DNA of 64,000 nt, from NCBI RefSeq assembly GCF_009914755.1, contig NC_060928.1, one strand, 5' to 3'. Within the stretch, counting starts at the first letter, position 1, and each line of letters begins with the position of its first letter. Source of the DNA: the human T2T-CHM13v2.0 reference genome, Homo sapiens. The translations under genes and the position numbers were made by a program. The notes beneath the pieces were generated by a model. The model saw only the letters and a program-made list of their open reading frames with translations, searched no databases and was not told the origin of the DNA. Below, piece by piece: positions 1 through 14,316 of the stretch.

Positions 1-296
1 AACCCTCAATGCCATAGTATTAAGGGTGAGGACTTAGATTATGGGGACAGAGCCCTCATTAATGGGATTGGGCCCTTATAAAAGAGGCCAAAGAAAGCTT
101 GTTCATCCCTTCTATCATGTAAGGATACAGTTAGAAGGCGCCATCTATGAGGAACAGATCCTCATCTGACACTGAATCTGCCAGTATCTTGATCTTGGAA
201 TTCCCAACCTCCAGAATTGTCTGAAATAAATTTACATGTTTTTAAAACTACCCAGTCTGTGGTATTTACTTATAGCAGCCAAAATGGAGTAAAATA
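1..296 (+). mobile_element. MaLR LTR, MLT1A/MSTD-like, cut by the window start
   Basis: Typical MaLR blocks: 'agagccctcattaatgggatt..cccttataaaagagg', 'cttgatcttggaattcccaacctccagaattgt..aataaattt', and the end 'cccagtctgtggtatt..tatagcagccaaaatggagtaaaata'. Confidence 0.8.
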
Positions 297-1205
297 GATA
301 TTAAGTGTGGATAAAACATAGTCAAAGAAACAATGAAAATATTAAAACTAGCCACATAAGCATGTTTTATAAAATATAATACTAATATATAATCACTATG
401 TAATTGAGAGAAGAAAGAAAGCTGGGCATTTACTGTAACCAACATATTTGACAATAGTTTTTTTTTTTTTTACTTCTTTCCAACTCTCCAAGAAAAGAAT
501 AATAATTTGGGATTGAGTTAGTTTCTCTGCCTATCTTTAAAAGACACTGTGTATATTTAGGCTACAAAATAATTTTCACTCAGTGATGTAGTTGTTATTT
601 TTGATGAACAGCGTGGAGTTGCTGGATGTGCCTTGCCTGTTAGAAAATCCACAGGAAAAGAGAGTATATGAATGTGCAATTTAATTATCTGAGGATAAAT
701 CTCTTTGAATATTTTTATTCATACCATGAATACAAAGATAACCTCTTACTTTTATGAGACATTTGTTTTTGCATATCTACTCTAATAATTATTGAAATAA
801 GATTATGAGAAATAAATGTAGTTTTACAACCCTGCTCCTTTAACCATATTTAAGGGTGTAGAATATTTCCTCTTCACTATTGAAAATACATATCTGACTG
901 ATTAAAAATTTTAAAGAAGTAGAAGAATATAAATCTTAATTTTTTTTTTATTTTTAACCTATAAACATTCTCATTGTTTTATTTTTAAAATAACCAAACC
1001 TATTAGGGCAGGTATTAGATATGAATGAGTAATGGAAAATTAAATCATGTGATTTAATAAAGTTGTCAAGCTCTACTCCCATAGGCCAGAATTCTGCTTC
1101 CATAAAGTCTGGTGAAAATTTTTTGTGTTCATGACATAAATTTTTTTTGTCCTTAATTATATTTGTTTATTTTTAATGACAAATATTTGTTTTTAATTCT
1201 TCAGC

Positions 1206-1503
1206 TTTTTTTAAATTATTATTATAATTCAAGTTGTAGGGTACATGTGCACAACGTGCAGGTTTGTTACATGTACCATGTTGGTGTGCTGCACCCATTA
1301 ACTCGTCATTTAGCATTAGGTATATCTCCTAGTGCTATCCCTCCCCCCTCCCCCCACCCCACAACAGTCCCCGGTGTGTGATGTTCCCCTTCCTGTGTCC
1401 ATGTGTTCCCATCGTTCAATTCCCACCTATGAGTGAGAACATGCGGTGTTTGTTTTTCTGTCCTTGCGATAGTTTGCTGAGAATGATGGTTTCCAGTTTT
1501 CAT
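1206..1503 (-). mobile_element. L1PA3-like 3' end, ~300 bp, 5'-truncated
   Basis: Reverse complement of the L1PA 3'UTR ('gggtacatgtgcacaacgtgcaggtttgttac', 'ccctcccccctccccccaccccacaacagtccccgg') preceded by a T-tract. ORF 1306-1503 is L1-derived. Confidence 0.92.
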
Positions 1504-2280
1504 AAGATATAAACTTTTTCATTACGAAATTTTTCTCATTATACTAAAAATTTTGAGAAATAAATGAAAACATTTAAAGTTGTTCAAAAGTGTATTACCT
1601 TTTTAAAAACCAAGTAAATGTAGGAGAATAAAAGTAGTTCCAGGTTTTACTTGAGTCTATAAAATTAATTCTTTTCAATTGATATTTTATGATTTCCTTT
1701 GTATCTAGCATTTTGAACATGTGAAATTAAAATGTCTGTATGGTGCTAGAATAGCCTATCATTTTACCTCATCTTTATTATTGTAGTCATAATCTTTGCA
1801 GTCAGAGGTATTTATAATTGGTATTTGAAAAACATGGAAGCCAAGGCAAATGGGTGTGTGGGCTAAAGTGCCAGGAATGGAATCAAGGTAAATATATTCT
1901 ATGAATATTACAATCAATCAATAAATAGAGTTGGTATCAATACTTGTGCCAGGGACTTTGGATGACTAATATTGTTTATTTATATTAAAGAAACAAAAAA
2001 GGGCTTCATTATTTTTCAAATTGTAAAGATTATGAAATTAATGCTTCTATTATGTAATTTCTCTAGGATTACATATCAGGTAAATGGCACCGTCAGAAGT
2101 GTAATCCAAGGATATCTGATTCTAATGTTCAAACTCTTAATTATAATAATTCTTACTGCCTTAGTATACAAGCCCATATGCAAACTAAGTTATTTGGAAG
2201 GCGAGGAGTAGACTTACTATCTGCCTGCCTGGGCTCATGAAAGAGAGGAAAATAAAAGATAATTTTAAATGAAGTGAGTA

Positions 2281-2730
2281 TGTTCTGGTCATCTCTTGCT
2301 ATATAATACACCCTTAAATCTCTTATGTTTCTGAGGGTGACTGGGCTTAGCTAAGCAATTCTCAGTTGGGATCTCCTGGACTTTCAGTCAATTGGTGACT
2401 AGGGCTCGTATCATCTCCAAGGTTTCTTCATGTCCATGACTGGCAGTTCATGCTGACTGTCAGGTAGAAATTCAGGTAAGATTTTTAGTCAGGACATCTT
2501 CACGTGTCCTCTTTGTGTGTCCTGGGCTTTCTCGCAGCATGACAGATTGGTTCCAACAACACGCACCCAAGAAGGAAAGCCAAGTGGAAGCTTTTACAAC
2601 TTAACCTCTGAAGTCATGTGAGTTCAACAACCTATTTGTAAGAAAATGAGGCATCAAAGCCAATTGATATTCAAGGGGGGAAAATTAGACTTCACTTTTG
2701 GCTGAAAGGAGTGCCATATTTTAAAGGCAC
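2281..2730 (-). mobile_element. Old MaLR LTR (MLT1H/G-like)
   Basis: 'ctgggcttagctaagcaattct', 'ctggcagttcatgctgactgtc', 'cctgggctttctcgcagcatg' and 'attcaaggggggaaaattagacttcactttt' resemble reversed MLT1F-H consensus. Confidence 0.65.
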
Positions 2731-2959
2731 TTCAGTGTACATATTATACACATATTGTAATCTCATTTTTTTCTTTAGTGTCAGCTAGTAGACTAATTTA
2801 TTAATTCCTTGCCAGTTGTTAGAGCATCAGCTACACAAATATAAGAATTAGTCTGATCATACTTGACACATCCTTTGGAGTCCTCTGGTGCAATAACTGT
2901 TTAACTACCCATTAGAATCGAAACCCTTGAACTAGACACAATTAGATAATGAGATGGAA

Positions 2960-3120
2960 TAAAAAGAATACCTTTATAGAAATTAGAAACCTGGCTTCCT
3001 GGCTTTATCCCTTATTAGCCAATGTATACTTGGGCAAGTCCCTGAAATTCTTGCACTACAACTTCACCATCTTTGAAAATGGAATGCATATATTTGTTTG
3101 AGTTTCAAATGAGATAATGG
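2960..3120 (+). mobile_element. MIR SINE fragment
   Basis: 'cttgggcaagtcc..acttcaccatctttgaaaatgg' matches the MIR core. Confidence 0.55.
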
Positions 3121-3294
3121 AAAAAATACTATGGTATAAAATTTTCTCAATGTATATGAGGATTTTGAGAAGGGGGAAAGTGGCCTACTCATTAAGTTAA
3201 GTAAATATGCTGCTTCTAATAAGCTGACTTTGAAAGTATCTATGGAGACTTAAATAAGGACATTTATAGAATAGTTCTTAGAGGAAATCTACCA

Positions 3295-3435
3295 AACCCT
3301 TATTTTACAAGTGAAAGAAAATGAGACCAAAGTTTTTACAAGTGATGAAAATGATACAAATGAAGAAAATGACACCTTGTGCAACATCACAGACCACTGG
3401 GCAGAGGCGTAAATTCAGAAGCCCTTGACCAGAGC
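3295..3435 (-). mobile_element. MIR-like fragment with internal tandem duplications
   Basis: 'ttattttacaagtgaaagaaaatgagacc' resembles the reversed MIR core and is repeated 2-3 times. Confidence 0.4.
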
Positions 3436-5049
3436 TTGAACTATGATATTCTCATTTAGAATTCTATTTAACTTACAGGCAAGAAACTATATAATTTGTT
3501 TAACATTATAATCACCATATTTATACTTTGCTTGATTTTTTATGCATTAGCTTAATTGACATAATTTTGCTTCTGTATTGATAACTGTTTTGCATAATCT
3601 TTTTGTAAATTTCACCATTTGAAGCCTACATTTTATCACTTTGTATGCTTTTGTATGCTTCTAAGTTATTCTTACAGTCTAAAACCAATGGTTTAGTAAT
3701 AATCATGTCTAAATTCCCTCCCCACCTCCTCGGTCAAGAGAGGTACAAAAGGAAGTGTATCTGATTCTTGTGATTTACTGGTGAGGTGAAAGCAAATATA
3801 GGTCAGGAAATAACTAATCAACTGACTGCAGAAACAAAACTAAAACGTAGTAATGATCTCTGAAGACATTATTCTTTTATGTTCTCTTTCTGTCTCTTTC
3901 TGCCTCTGCCTCTGTCTTTGTCTCTGTATCTGTCTATCTCTGTATCTATAGAATATATCCTAGCATTCCATTTATGGAAGTGAAGCTAATTTCAGAAAGA
4001 AATAAGCTAGTATTTTGAAGTATATGCAACATATTTTATAGCGTATTTAAAGAGCTCACCTTAAGTTTTCAGCAAAAAGTGTCTTAGAATAAGATGTACC
4101 TTCAAATTGTTTCATTCATGTATTATATATCTGTTATTAATTTGAGACCATACATGGTGCTAAAGACAAAGAGCAGCTAGAGTTTTGTGGATATGGCTGA
4201 TAACTGTTCATCATGGTGGCTCATGTTCAGTAACCTATTACTGGAGTCATAGGAAAAAGTACTTTTGAGGGTTGCTGACAAAGACAAGGAGAGTCAAGAG
4301 GTCAATGTTTTGTTAGTGACCTTTCAGATAAATACTTAAGGGTTGAGGAAGAGTATTTGTGATAAAGGTTAGAGACTGCAGAAAACAACATTTGACACAT
4401 AGAACAAACAAAACACATTCAGTTTGGGTGAAATGGCAGCAAAAAATAGGTATTTAAGCAGAAGATAAATCATGACATTAATTATAAACCACATTCAGTG
4501 GTTTTAATTCTATCCCTAGAATCGTGAGAAGACTCAGAATGAAGTATTTTTCCTCTTCCAATAATTGGGATCAGTTTCTCTGCATCTCTTTTTTATAAGT
4601 GATTTCTGATGTTCTAAGCCTAGAGTCAATCCCTACTTTTCTTTGCCAATATTTATCAAACAATACTTATTCATGTCAGGATAAATTGCAGATATATTAA
4701 TTTGTACTTTGTACTTTTAAATAAAATAATTATTGAAAAATGAGAGTTTTTAAATTTTTGTTGGTTCAATTTCCCACCTCCAGCCATACTTTCCATCCTC
4801 CATCACCTTAAAAATGTAAATAGGTACATAATATACTCAAGAGTTTTAGGTTTTGAAGTCTTGGAGTTTCTTTTGTTCTAAGAGAAGATTTAAGACACGT
4901 TTTAAAAATTATGTTTTTACTAATATCTTGAGTTGGACACATAAACTCAGATGTTAACTAGAATAAAGTAAGTAAACTGAATTAGTGAAATTGGTCATGT
5001 TTAAGAAATCAATGGGAAGTTAAAATAATTAACTGTAAAATATATTTTG

Positions 5050-5240
5050 AAGAATAATTGGATACAATTTAAGATAGCTTGAGTACTGGATGACATTAAG
5101 TCATTATTGCTATTGTTTAGATGTCTTAATAATATTGTCATTATATAGAAAAAGGCATTTATTTTTTAGAGATGTACATTGAAGTATTTGGAAGTAAGTA
5201 TCATGATATCTGCATTTCACTTCATAACATTTTGCCAACA
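5050..5240 (+). mobile_element. Old L1 (L1MC4/L1ME-like) 3'UTR fragment
   Basis: 'ttttagagatgtacattgaagtatttgg..tcatgatatctgcatttcacttca' resembles the L1MC4-type 3' end. Confidence 0.5.
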
Positions 5241-5841
5241 ATGGGAAATAAGTGTAAAAAAGGAATGAGTAAAGAGGGCTAGGCAGTCGGCTTAACTGAA
5301 GATAAGTCTTATAAATTGAGAGCCATTACTCAGATTTTCACACATGAAAAATAAAGGTTCAGGATTGGCCAGATGTTCATTTTTTGACATATAAGTTCAA
5401 ACTTCTGATTTATAAAATATAAAACCACCTGAGTTTTACATTTTGGTAATTATTTATCAAATTTTAAATGATTTTTATATCAAACAGAGCATCTTTAAGA
5501 CCTATAAGTCTTTAGACCATCTTTGAAATCTGTAGCTTCAGTTTATGCACAAATATAGGAGAATGAACTCTGAGATTTGGAGCATGAGGAGGCAGAAGCA
5601 ACCATCTGAGGAGAGTTGTTGGATGTAGACTTCTAAACTAGGGGGTGGACCTGTAAACTAGGAAGCAGGCATGGTACCCGAAGTGTTCAAGTAGTGCATG
5701 CACAGAAGGTGGTGGGATTGAGAGAGCTACATTTCAGAAAGATGTTTATGTAAATCCTCCTTGTTTCAAGAACCACTGGGGCTTGAACTCTAACCATATT
5801 TTTACAGACAAGTATGAATCTATGAATGTCTATGAGTTTTG

Positions 5842-6423
5842 GAATCCTCACTGGGTCACTGCCTAGTAGAGCTGTGAGAAGAGGACCAGCATTCTCCAGA
5901 CCCCAGGGTGGTAGATCCACTGACAACTTGCACTGTGTTCCTGGAAAAGCTTCAGACACTCAATGCTAGCCCATGAAAGCAGCCAGGAGAAGGGCTATAC
6001 TCTGCCTAGCCACAGCGGCAGAACTGCCCAAGACAATGGGAGTCTACCTATTGCATCAGTGTGACTTGGACGTGAGACATGGAGTCAAAAGAGATCATTT
6101 CAGATCTTTGAGATTTAATGACTGCCCCTTTAGGTTTTGAACCTGCGTGGGGCCTGTGACCCCTTTGTTTTGGTCAATTTCTCTTATTTGGAATTGAAGC
6201 ATTTATCAAATTCCTGTACCCCCATTGTATTTTGGAAGTAACTAACTTGTTTTTGATTGTACAGGCCCATAGGCAGAAGGGACTTGCCTTGTCTCAGATG
6301 AGACTTTGGACTTGGACTTTTGAGTTAATGCTGAAATGAGTTAAGACTGAGGTACTGTTGAAAAGACATGATTGGTTATGAAATGTAAAAAGGACATGAA
6401 ATTTGGGAAGAGCCTGGGCGAAA
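5842..6423 (+). mobile_element. THE1-int, 3' portion of a MaLR internal region
   Basis: 'cactgggtcactgcctagtagagctgtgagaagagg', 'gtgagacatggagtcaaaagagatcattt' and 'ttgtctcagatgagactttggacttggactttt' run directly into the LTR. Confidence 0.9.
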
Positions 6424-6779
6424 TAATGTGATTTGGCTCTGTGTCCCCACCCAAATCTCATCTCAAATTGTAATCCCCCTAATGCCCACGTGTCATGGGA
6501 GGTGATTGAATCACAGGGACAGTTTCCCCCATGCTGTTCTCATGATAGTGAGTGAGTGAGTTCTCATTAGATCTTATGGTTTTATAATGAGCTCTCTTGC
6601 TCTCCCTTTTGCTCTCTCTTGCCTGCCACCATGTAAGATATGCTTTGCTTGCCCTTTGCCAACATGATTTTAGGTTTCCTGAGGCCTCCCCAGAACTGTG
6701 AGTCACTTAGACCCCTTTCCTTAATAAATTACCCAGTCTTGGGCAGCTCTTTATTGCAGTGTGAAAACTGACTAATACA
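6424..6779 (+). mobile_element. THE1 LTR (THE1D-like), 3' LTR
   Basis: Starts 'taatgtgatttggctctgtgtccccacccaaatctcatctc' and ends 'gtgtgaaaactgactaataca'. Confidence 0.9.
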
Positions 6780-7242
6780 ACACATTCAAATGAGGGTAAT
6801 CAGAGTTAAAACTAGAGCTAGGGGAAAGATATTCTTTTCTGCTATTCTTGTGAACTCTGAGTAGATTATCTTAGGAGAACCTCTGTGTGGAGAATGCAAG
6901 AGAGCAGTGAAAGAGAATGTAGGAGGCAAATATAGAAAGGCAGAAAAGAGGTAATTAGATATGCCTGCTAGCATTTGAGGTATTGGTTTCACATTTTTTC
7001 AAAGCCAATTTTCAAAGAAGTCAGTATATCTTCTTGATCTGCTTAAGATAGATAATTCTATAATAATATATGTTTTTCAAAAGGTCAGAATATGTAGAGA
7101 ACTAAGGTACAGAGTAATAGCTGCAGGAGTGAAGGGTAGATTAGGGCTTTATAAATTATATATATATATAATATTATAATATTATATATATAATTTATAA
7201 ATAAATCAGATAAATGAGAGATTATATATATATGATATCTGA

Positions 7243-7244
<2 letters not shown>

Positions 7245-7277
<33 letters not shown>
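7245..7277. repeat. (AC)16 microsatellite beside a TA-rich tract
   Basis: Read directly from the sequence. Confidence 0.95.
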
Positions 7278-7283
<6 letters not shown>

Positions 7284-7500
7284 GGTAAACTTTAAACACA
7301 TATAGAAAGGACCCAATAGTGAAAACTTTAGCAAATCAAACTGAAAATATAATTCTTAATTATATAACACACAAATAAGGAGCGACTTAGACTGACCTGC
7401 AATAATAGTAGTTTATCTTTAATAAATAGGGTTAGTTTACCAAAGTAATTACAAAAGACTACCTTTTTAAAAAAATTAATGTAAGTGTTCAAATGAGGAA

Positions 7501-8239
7501 TTTTAATGTGAAGCAGTGTTGAATTTTATTGAAAGATTTTTCTGTATCTATTGAGATGATCATGTGGTTTTTATCTTTAGTTATGTTTATGTGATGAATC
7601 ATGTTTATTGATTTATGTATATTAAGCCAACCTCACATCTCAGGGATAATCCCCACTTGATCGTGGTGAATGAGCTTTTTGATGTGCTGCTGAATTTAGT
7701 TTGCAAGTATTTTTTTGAGGATTTTTTCATAGATATTCATGAAGGATATTGGCATGAAGCTTTCTTTAGTTGTGCCTCTGCCAGATTTGGTGCTGGCCTC
7801 ATAGAATGAGTTAGGGAGGAGTCTCTCCTTTTCAAATTTTGGAACAGTTTCAGTATGAGTGGTAACAGCTCTTCTTTGTACATCTGGTAGAATTTGGCTG
7901 TGAATTCATTTGGCTTTTTTTCATTCATAAGCTATTTATTACTGATTCCATTTTAGAGCTTGTTACTGGTCTATTCAGGAATTCAATTTCTTCCCGGTTC
8001 AGTCTTGGGAGGGTATATTGCCCAGAAATATATCCCAGTTCAGTCTTGGGAGGGTATATGTGCCCAGAAATGTATCAATTTCTACTAGATTTTCTAATTT
8101 GTGTGCAGAGAGGTGTTCATAATATTCTGTGATGGTGATTTGTGTTTCTGTGTGGTCAGTGCTTATACCCCCTTTGTCATTTCTAATTTGTGTTCATTTG
8201 GATATTCTCTCTTTTCTTCTTTATTAGTCTAGCTAGTGG
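7501..8239 (-). mobile_element. Inverted 5' segment (ORF2) of a twin-primed L1PA15/16-like element
   Basis: Antisense L1 ORF2; ORF 7737-7928 contains [13 protein letters not shown]. Its left end maps next to the start of the + segment in L1 coordinates. Confidence 0.9.
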
Positions 8240-10424
<2,185 letters not shown>

Positions 10425-11208
10425 CCTCAAAATGTATTAAAGACTTTAAACTTAAGGCCTGAAATCATGAGATTAATATAAGAAAATATAAGGAGAAACC
10501 TCTGCAATATTGGTATGGCTAATAATGTTTTTGGATAGGACCCAAAAAGCCCAGACAACAAAAGCAAAAACAAACCAATGGGATTATATAAAACTGAAAA
10601 GCTTCTTTACAGCAAAAGAAGTAATCAACAGAATGAAGAGACACCTAAAGAGTGGGGAAAAAAAATTTGCAAATCATCCATTTGATGAGGGGTTAATATC
10701 TAAAATATAGAAAGAACTCATCCCAATAGCAAGAATATAAATAACCTGATTTAAAAAATGGATAAAATACTTGGATAGCCATTTTGCAAGAGAAGATATA
10801 CAAATAGCAGACATGTATATGGAAAAACCCTCAATCACCAATACAGAAATGTGAATTGAAACCACGAGGAGATATCAACTGTTCAAGTTCGCTGTTATCA
10901 AAAAGATGAAGATAATAATTGTTGGCAAATACATAAAGAAAGGAGAACATTCATACACTATTGATAAGAATGTAATTAGTATATCTAGTATTGAAAACAG
11001 CATGGAGGTTCCTCAAAAAATTAGAAATAGAGCTATCATATTATCCAGCAATCCTACTACTTGTTATATGTCCAAAGGAAGTGAAATCAATATGTCAAGG
11101 AGATATCTGCACTCCCATGTTAGTTGCAGCATTATTCACAATAGTCAAGGTATGAAATCAACCTATGTGTCCATGGAGGAATGAATGCATAAAGAAAATG
11201 TGTATATG

Positions 11209-11246
<38 letters not shown>

Positions 11247-11760
11247 TACATACAGCCACACATATACACACACACACAATGAAATACTGTTCATCTTTTA
11301 AAAAGAAGGAAATCCTGTCATCATGACAAAATGGTTGAACCTGGGGTATATTCTGTTAAGTAAGCCAGACACAGAAAGAAAAATGCCACATAATCTCACT
11401 TATATTTAGAATATTAAAAAAGTTGAATTAATGGAAGTAGAGATTAGCATGATGGTTATCAGGGTCTGGGGATGGAATTGGATAGGGAGATGTTGGTCAA
11501 AGGAGAAAACATTTCAGTTATATAAAATAAGTTCAACAGATCTATTGTACAACATGGTGACTTTATTTAATAACTGTGTTGTATTCTTGAAAATTGCTAA
11601 GAGAGTAAATATTAAGTGTCCTCAATATAAAAAATTATAAGTATGTGAGAAAATGATGTTAATTAACTCAATTTAGCCAGTCCAAATATATGTGTGTTTC
11701 ACCTTATGTTGTACATAATAAATATACATACTTTTTATTCATAAATTTTAAAACATAAGT
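10425..11760 (+). mobile_element. L1MA (L1MA5-8-like) 3' ~1.3 kb with an internal (TA)n(CA)n repeat
   Basis: ORF2 C-terminal remnant WDYIKLKSF; 3'UTR 'gggagatgttggtcaaagga..gatctattgtacaacatggtgact..gaaaattgctaagagagta'. Confidence 0.85.
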
Positions 11761-12105
11761 AAAATGAGGCATTTAAAAAGTTCTAAGGACAAGTAATATA
11801 CAATATTATATAATAATTTTAGCTTTTGTTGTTTTTTTCCCTTGATCCTTATTCTATGCACTTTCCTTCATGTAAGCAAAGTGACGCTACATTAAAATTA
11901 CAAGTAAATTTTAGTGCAATTAGTAATATGCTACATATTAAACAATAAATAACCAGTTCTCTCAAAATGTACTTGTTAAAATTTGTTTGGAATTTTTGTT
12001 TATCTTATGTTGATATTTAAATTAAATGAAACATGATTGAAACCTTATTTAGCCAGCTTTGCATGTGAGCCTGATAGAAAGTGAGAGTTTTATAGAAAGT
12101 ATGTA

Positions 12106-13017
12106 CACCATGATGTACCACATAATGACTTTTTGGTCAGTAATGAACCACATATATGACGGTGGTCCCATATGATTGTAATGGAGCAGCCCTACACAGG
12201 TGTAAATTTTTTTTATCATTTATAGTGTATTTTTACTATACCTTTCCTATGTTTACACATGTTTAGACACACAAATACTTACCATTGTGTTTCAATTGCT
12301 TACAGCAGGGGTCTCCAAACCCTGGGCCACAGACCAGTACTGGTCCCTGGCCTGTTAGGAACTAGGCCACAGAGCAGGAGGTGAGCGGAAGGCTGTATTT
12401 ACAGCCACTCCAAATTGCTCACATTAACACCTGAACTCCACCTCCTCTCCGATCAGTGGTGGCATTAGATTCTCATAGAAACCTGAACCTTACTGTGAAC
12501 TGCGCCTGCCAGGGATCTAGGTTGTGCACTACTTATGAGAATCTAATGCCTGATGACTTGTCACTGTCTCCCATCATCATCCCCAGATGAGACAGTCAAG
12601 TTGCAAGAAAACAAGCTCGCTGCTCCCACTGATTCTACATCATGGTGAGTTGTATAATTATTTCATTATATATTACAATGTAATAATAATGGAAATAAAG
12701 TGCACAATAAATGTAATGTGCTTGAATCATCCCAAAGCCATCTCCTGAAACTCTGTTCTGAGAAAAAATTGTCTTTCACAAAACTGGTTCCTGGTGCCAA
12801 AAAGGTTGGGGACTGTTGGCTTATAGTATTTCATACAGTAGCATACTGTACAGGTTGTAAGCCTAGGGGAAATTGGCTATACCATATAGCCTAGGTGTGT
12901 AATAGTCTATACCATCTAGGTTCCTGTAAGTACACTCTGTGATGTTTATACAAGGATGAAACCACCTAATGATACATTTCTCAGAATGTTTCCCTGTCTT
13001 TAGGCAATGCAAGACTC
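12106..13017 (+). mobile_element. Tigger3a (MER7A-type, TcMar-Tigger) interrupted by MER1A
   Basis: 'cacataatgactttttggtc..catatatgacggtggtcccata' and the end 'catttctcagaatgtttccctgtctttaggcaatgcaagactc', flanked by TA. Confidence 0.8.
12306..12818 (+). mobile_element. MER1A (hAT-Charlie) with 8-bp TSD
   Basis: Termini 'caggggtctccaaacc' and 'aggttggggactgttg'. TSD gcttacag (12298-12305) / gcttatag (12819-12826). Confidence 0.9.
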
Positions 13018-14084
13018 TATGAAAAGAGAATAAAAGCAAATTGTATTTATTATATTTTTGTTTTCTCTATCCACTTTCACCTGAAAAGTCATCTTTGTTA
13101 TTAATTTAATTTAAAAGCCTTATATTCTTTGAAGAGTAGCTAAGTAGATGCTCAAACTTAATTCTTTTAAAGGTGTTATAAACAACCTTGTATTATGCTG
13201 ATTGAATATATTGGATGCTACTTTTAATTTAAAAGAAATTAAAGTACTTCTAATGTGTATGGTGGCCAATTTGCAATTATGATCTCCATGATGAGATTCT
13301 TCCAGGAAATGAGAGGTGCATTATAATATAAATGGAGTTGTAGATATGGTTGATTTTAATTTGTGACCTAGAGGTCAATAGTTATTGGGTGTAATAACGC
13401 TCTAGTAATGGGGAAATTCAAGGCACATTTGTATAACAAGAAATCATAACTAGTTATAGTTCAAGATGATGATTCTTCTTTTTGCCATTCTGATCTGCTG
13501 GGACTCTGACTTAGTTTTATAGACTTCATACTTCTAGTATTTAAGATATAATTTTACTAGACAAAGTTATAAGTTAGTCTTTGATTTATAATAAAGTTTA
13601 TAATATCCACTATATTCAATGCAGTATTCTTTTATATGCTTGGTGCTTTAAATGCATGTTTTTATTGTCTTTTTGATAACTCTTGTATTGGTATTTGCTT
13701 GACACATTTTTATTTTCCTCATGATTGTCTTTCATACAATCAGATTTTCCTAGATTTATTTATTTGTTTATCCTACTAAATTAAAATGCACATTAAAATA
13801 GAAGAGATTCAGAACAGTGCTGTCCTTGTATAAAACTTTTTATTACACATCAAAAATAAAATTTATTGCAGGTTTAGAAACTAGAATTTCAAAGTTAAAT
13901 GGAAATTACATAGAGAAAAATAACATAAAGTCTGATCTTTATTCATCATTGCCAGATCAGAACTTAATCTTCAACTTAAAATAATTCAAGTCACAATATA
14001 CTCAAAATTTTTTTAAATGATTGAAAAAGATTTTACTATATAGATGTGCTTTACTCAAGAATAAAGATAAAATAATAAGGATAA

Positions 14085-14316
14085 AGATGATACCTTTTTG
14101 AGCAATTATGCTATGTGACAGAAATTTGTTAGGTGCTTATCATGAATTCTTTAGTTAATCTTTATAACTACCAGATGAGATAAGTACTATCTTTATATCC
14201 ACTTACAAAATGTTAAATCTGAGACTTAAAAAGATTAAAAAGCTATATCGATGTCACATTCCTATTAAGTGGATTTAGATTTTTGTGGTTTAAAATCCTG
14301 TGCTCTCTGAACCACT
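14085..14316 (-). mobile_element. MIR SINE
   Basis: 'ttttgagcaattatgctatgtgacag..ttaatctttataactacc..aaatctgagacttaaaaagattaa..gtcaca..tgtgctctctgaaccact'. Confidence 0.65.

Noticed and set aside
1338-1360. C-run/G-quadruplex motif (also near 33187 and 46750)
   Set aside because: Standard L1PA 3'UTR polypurine tract present in very many copies.
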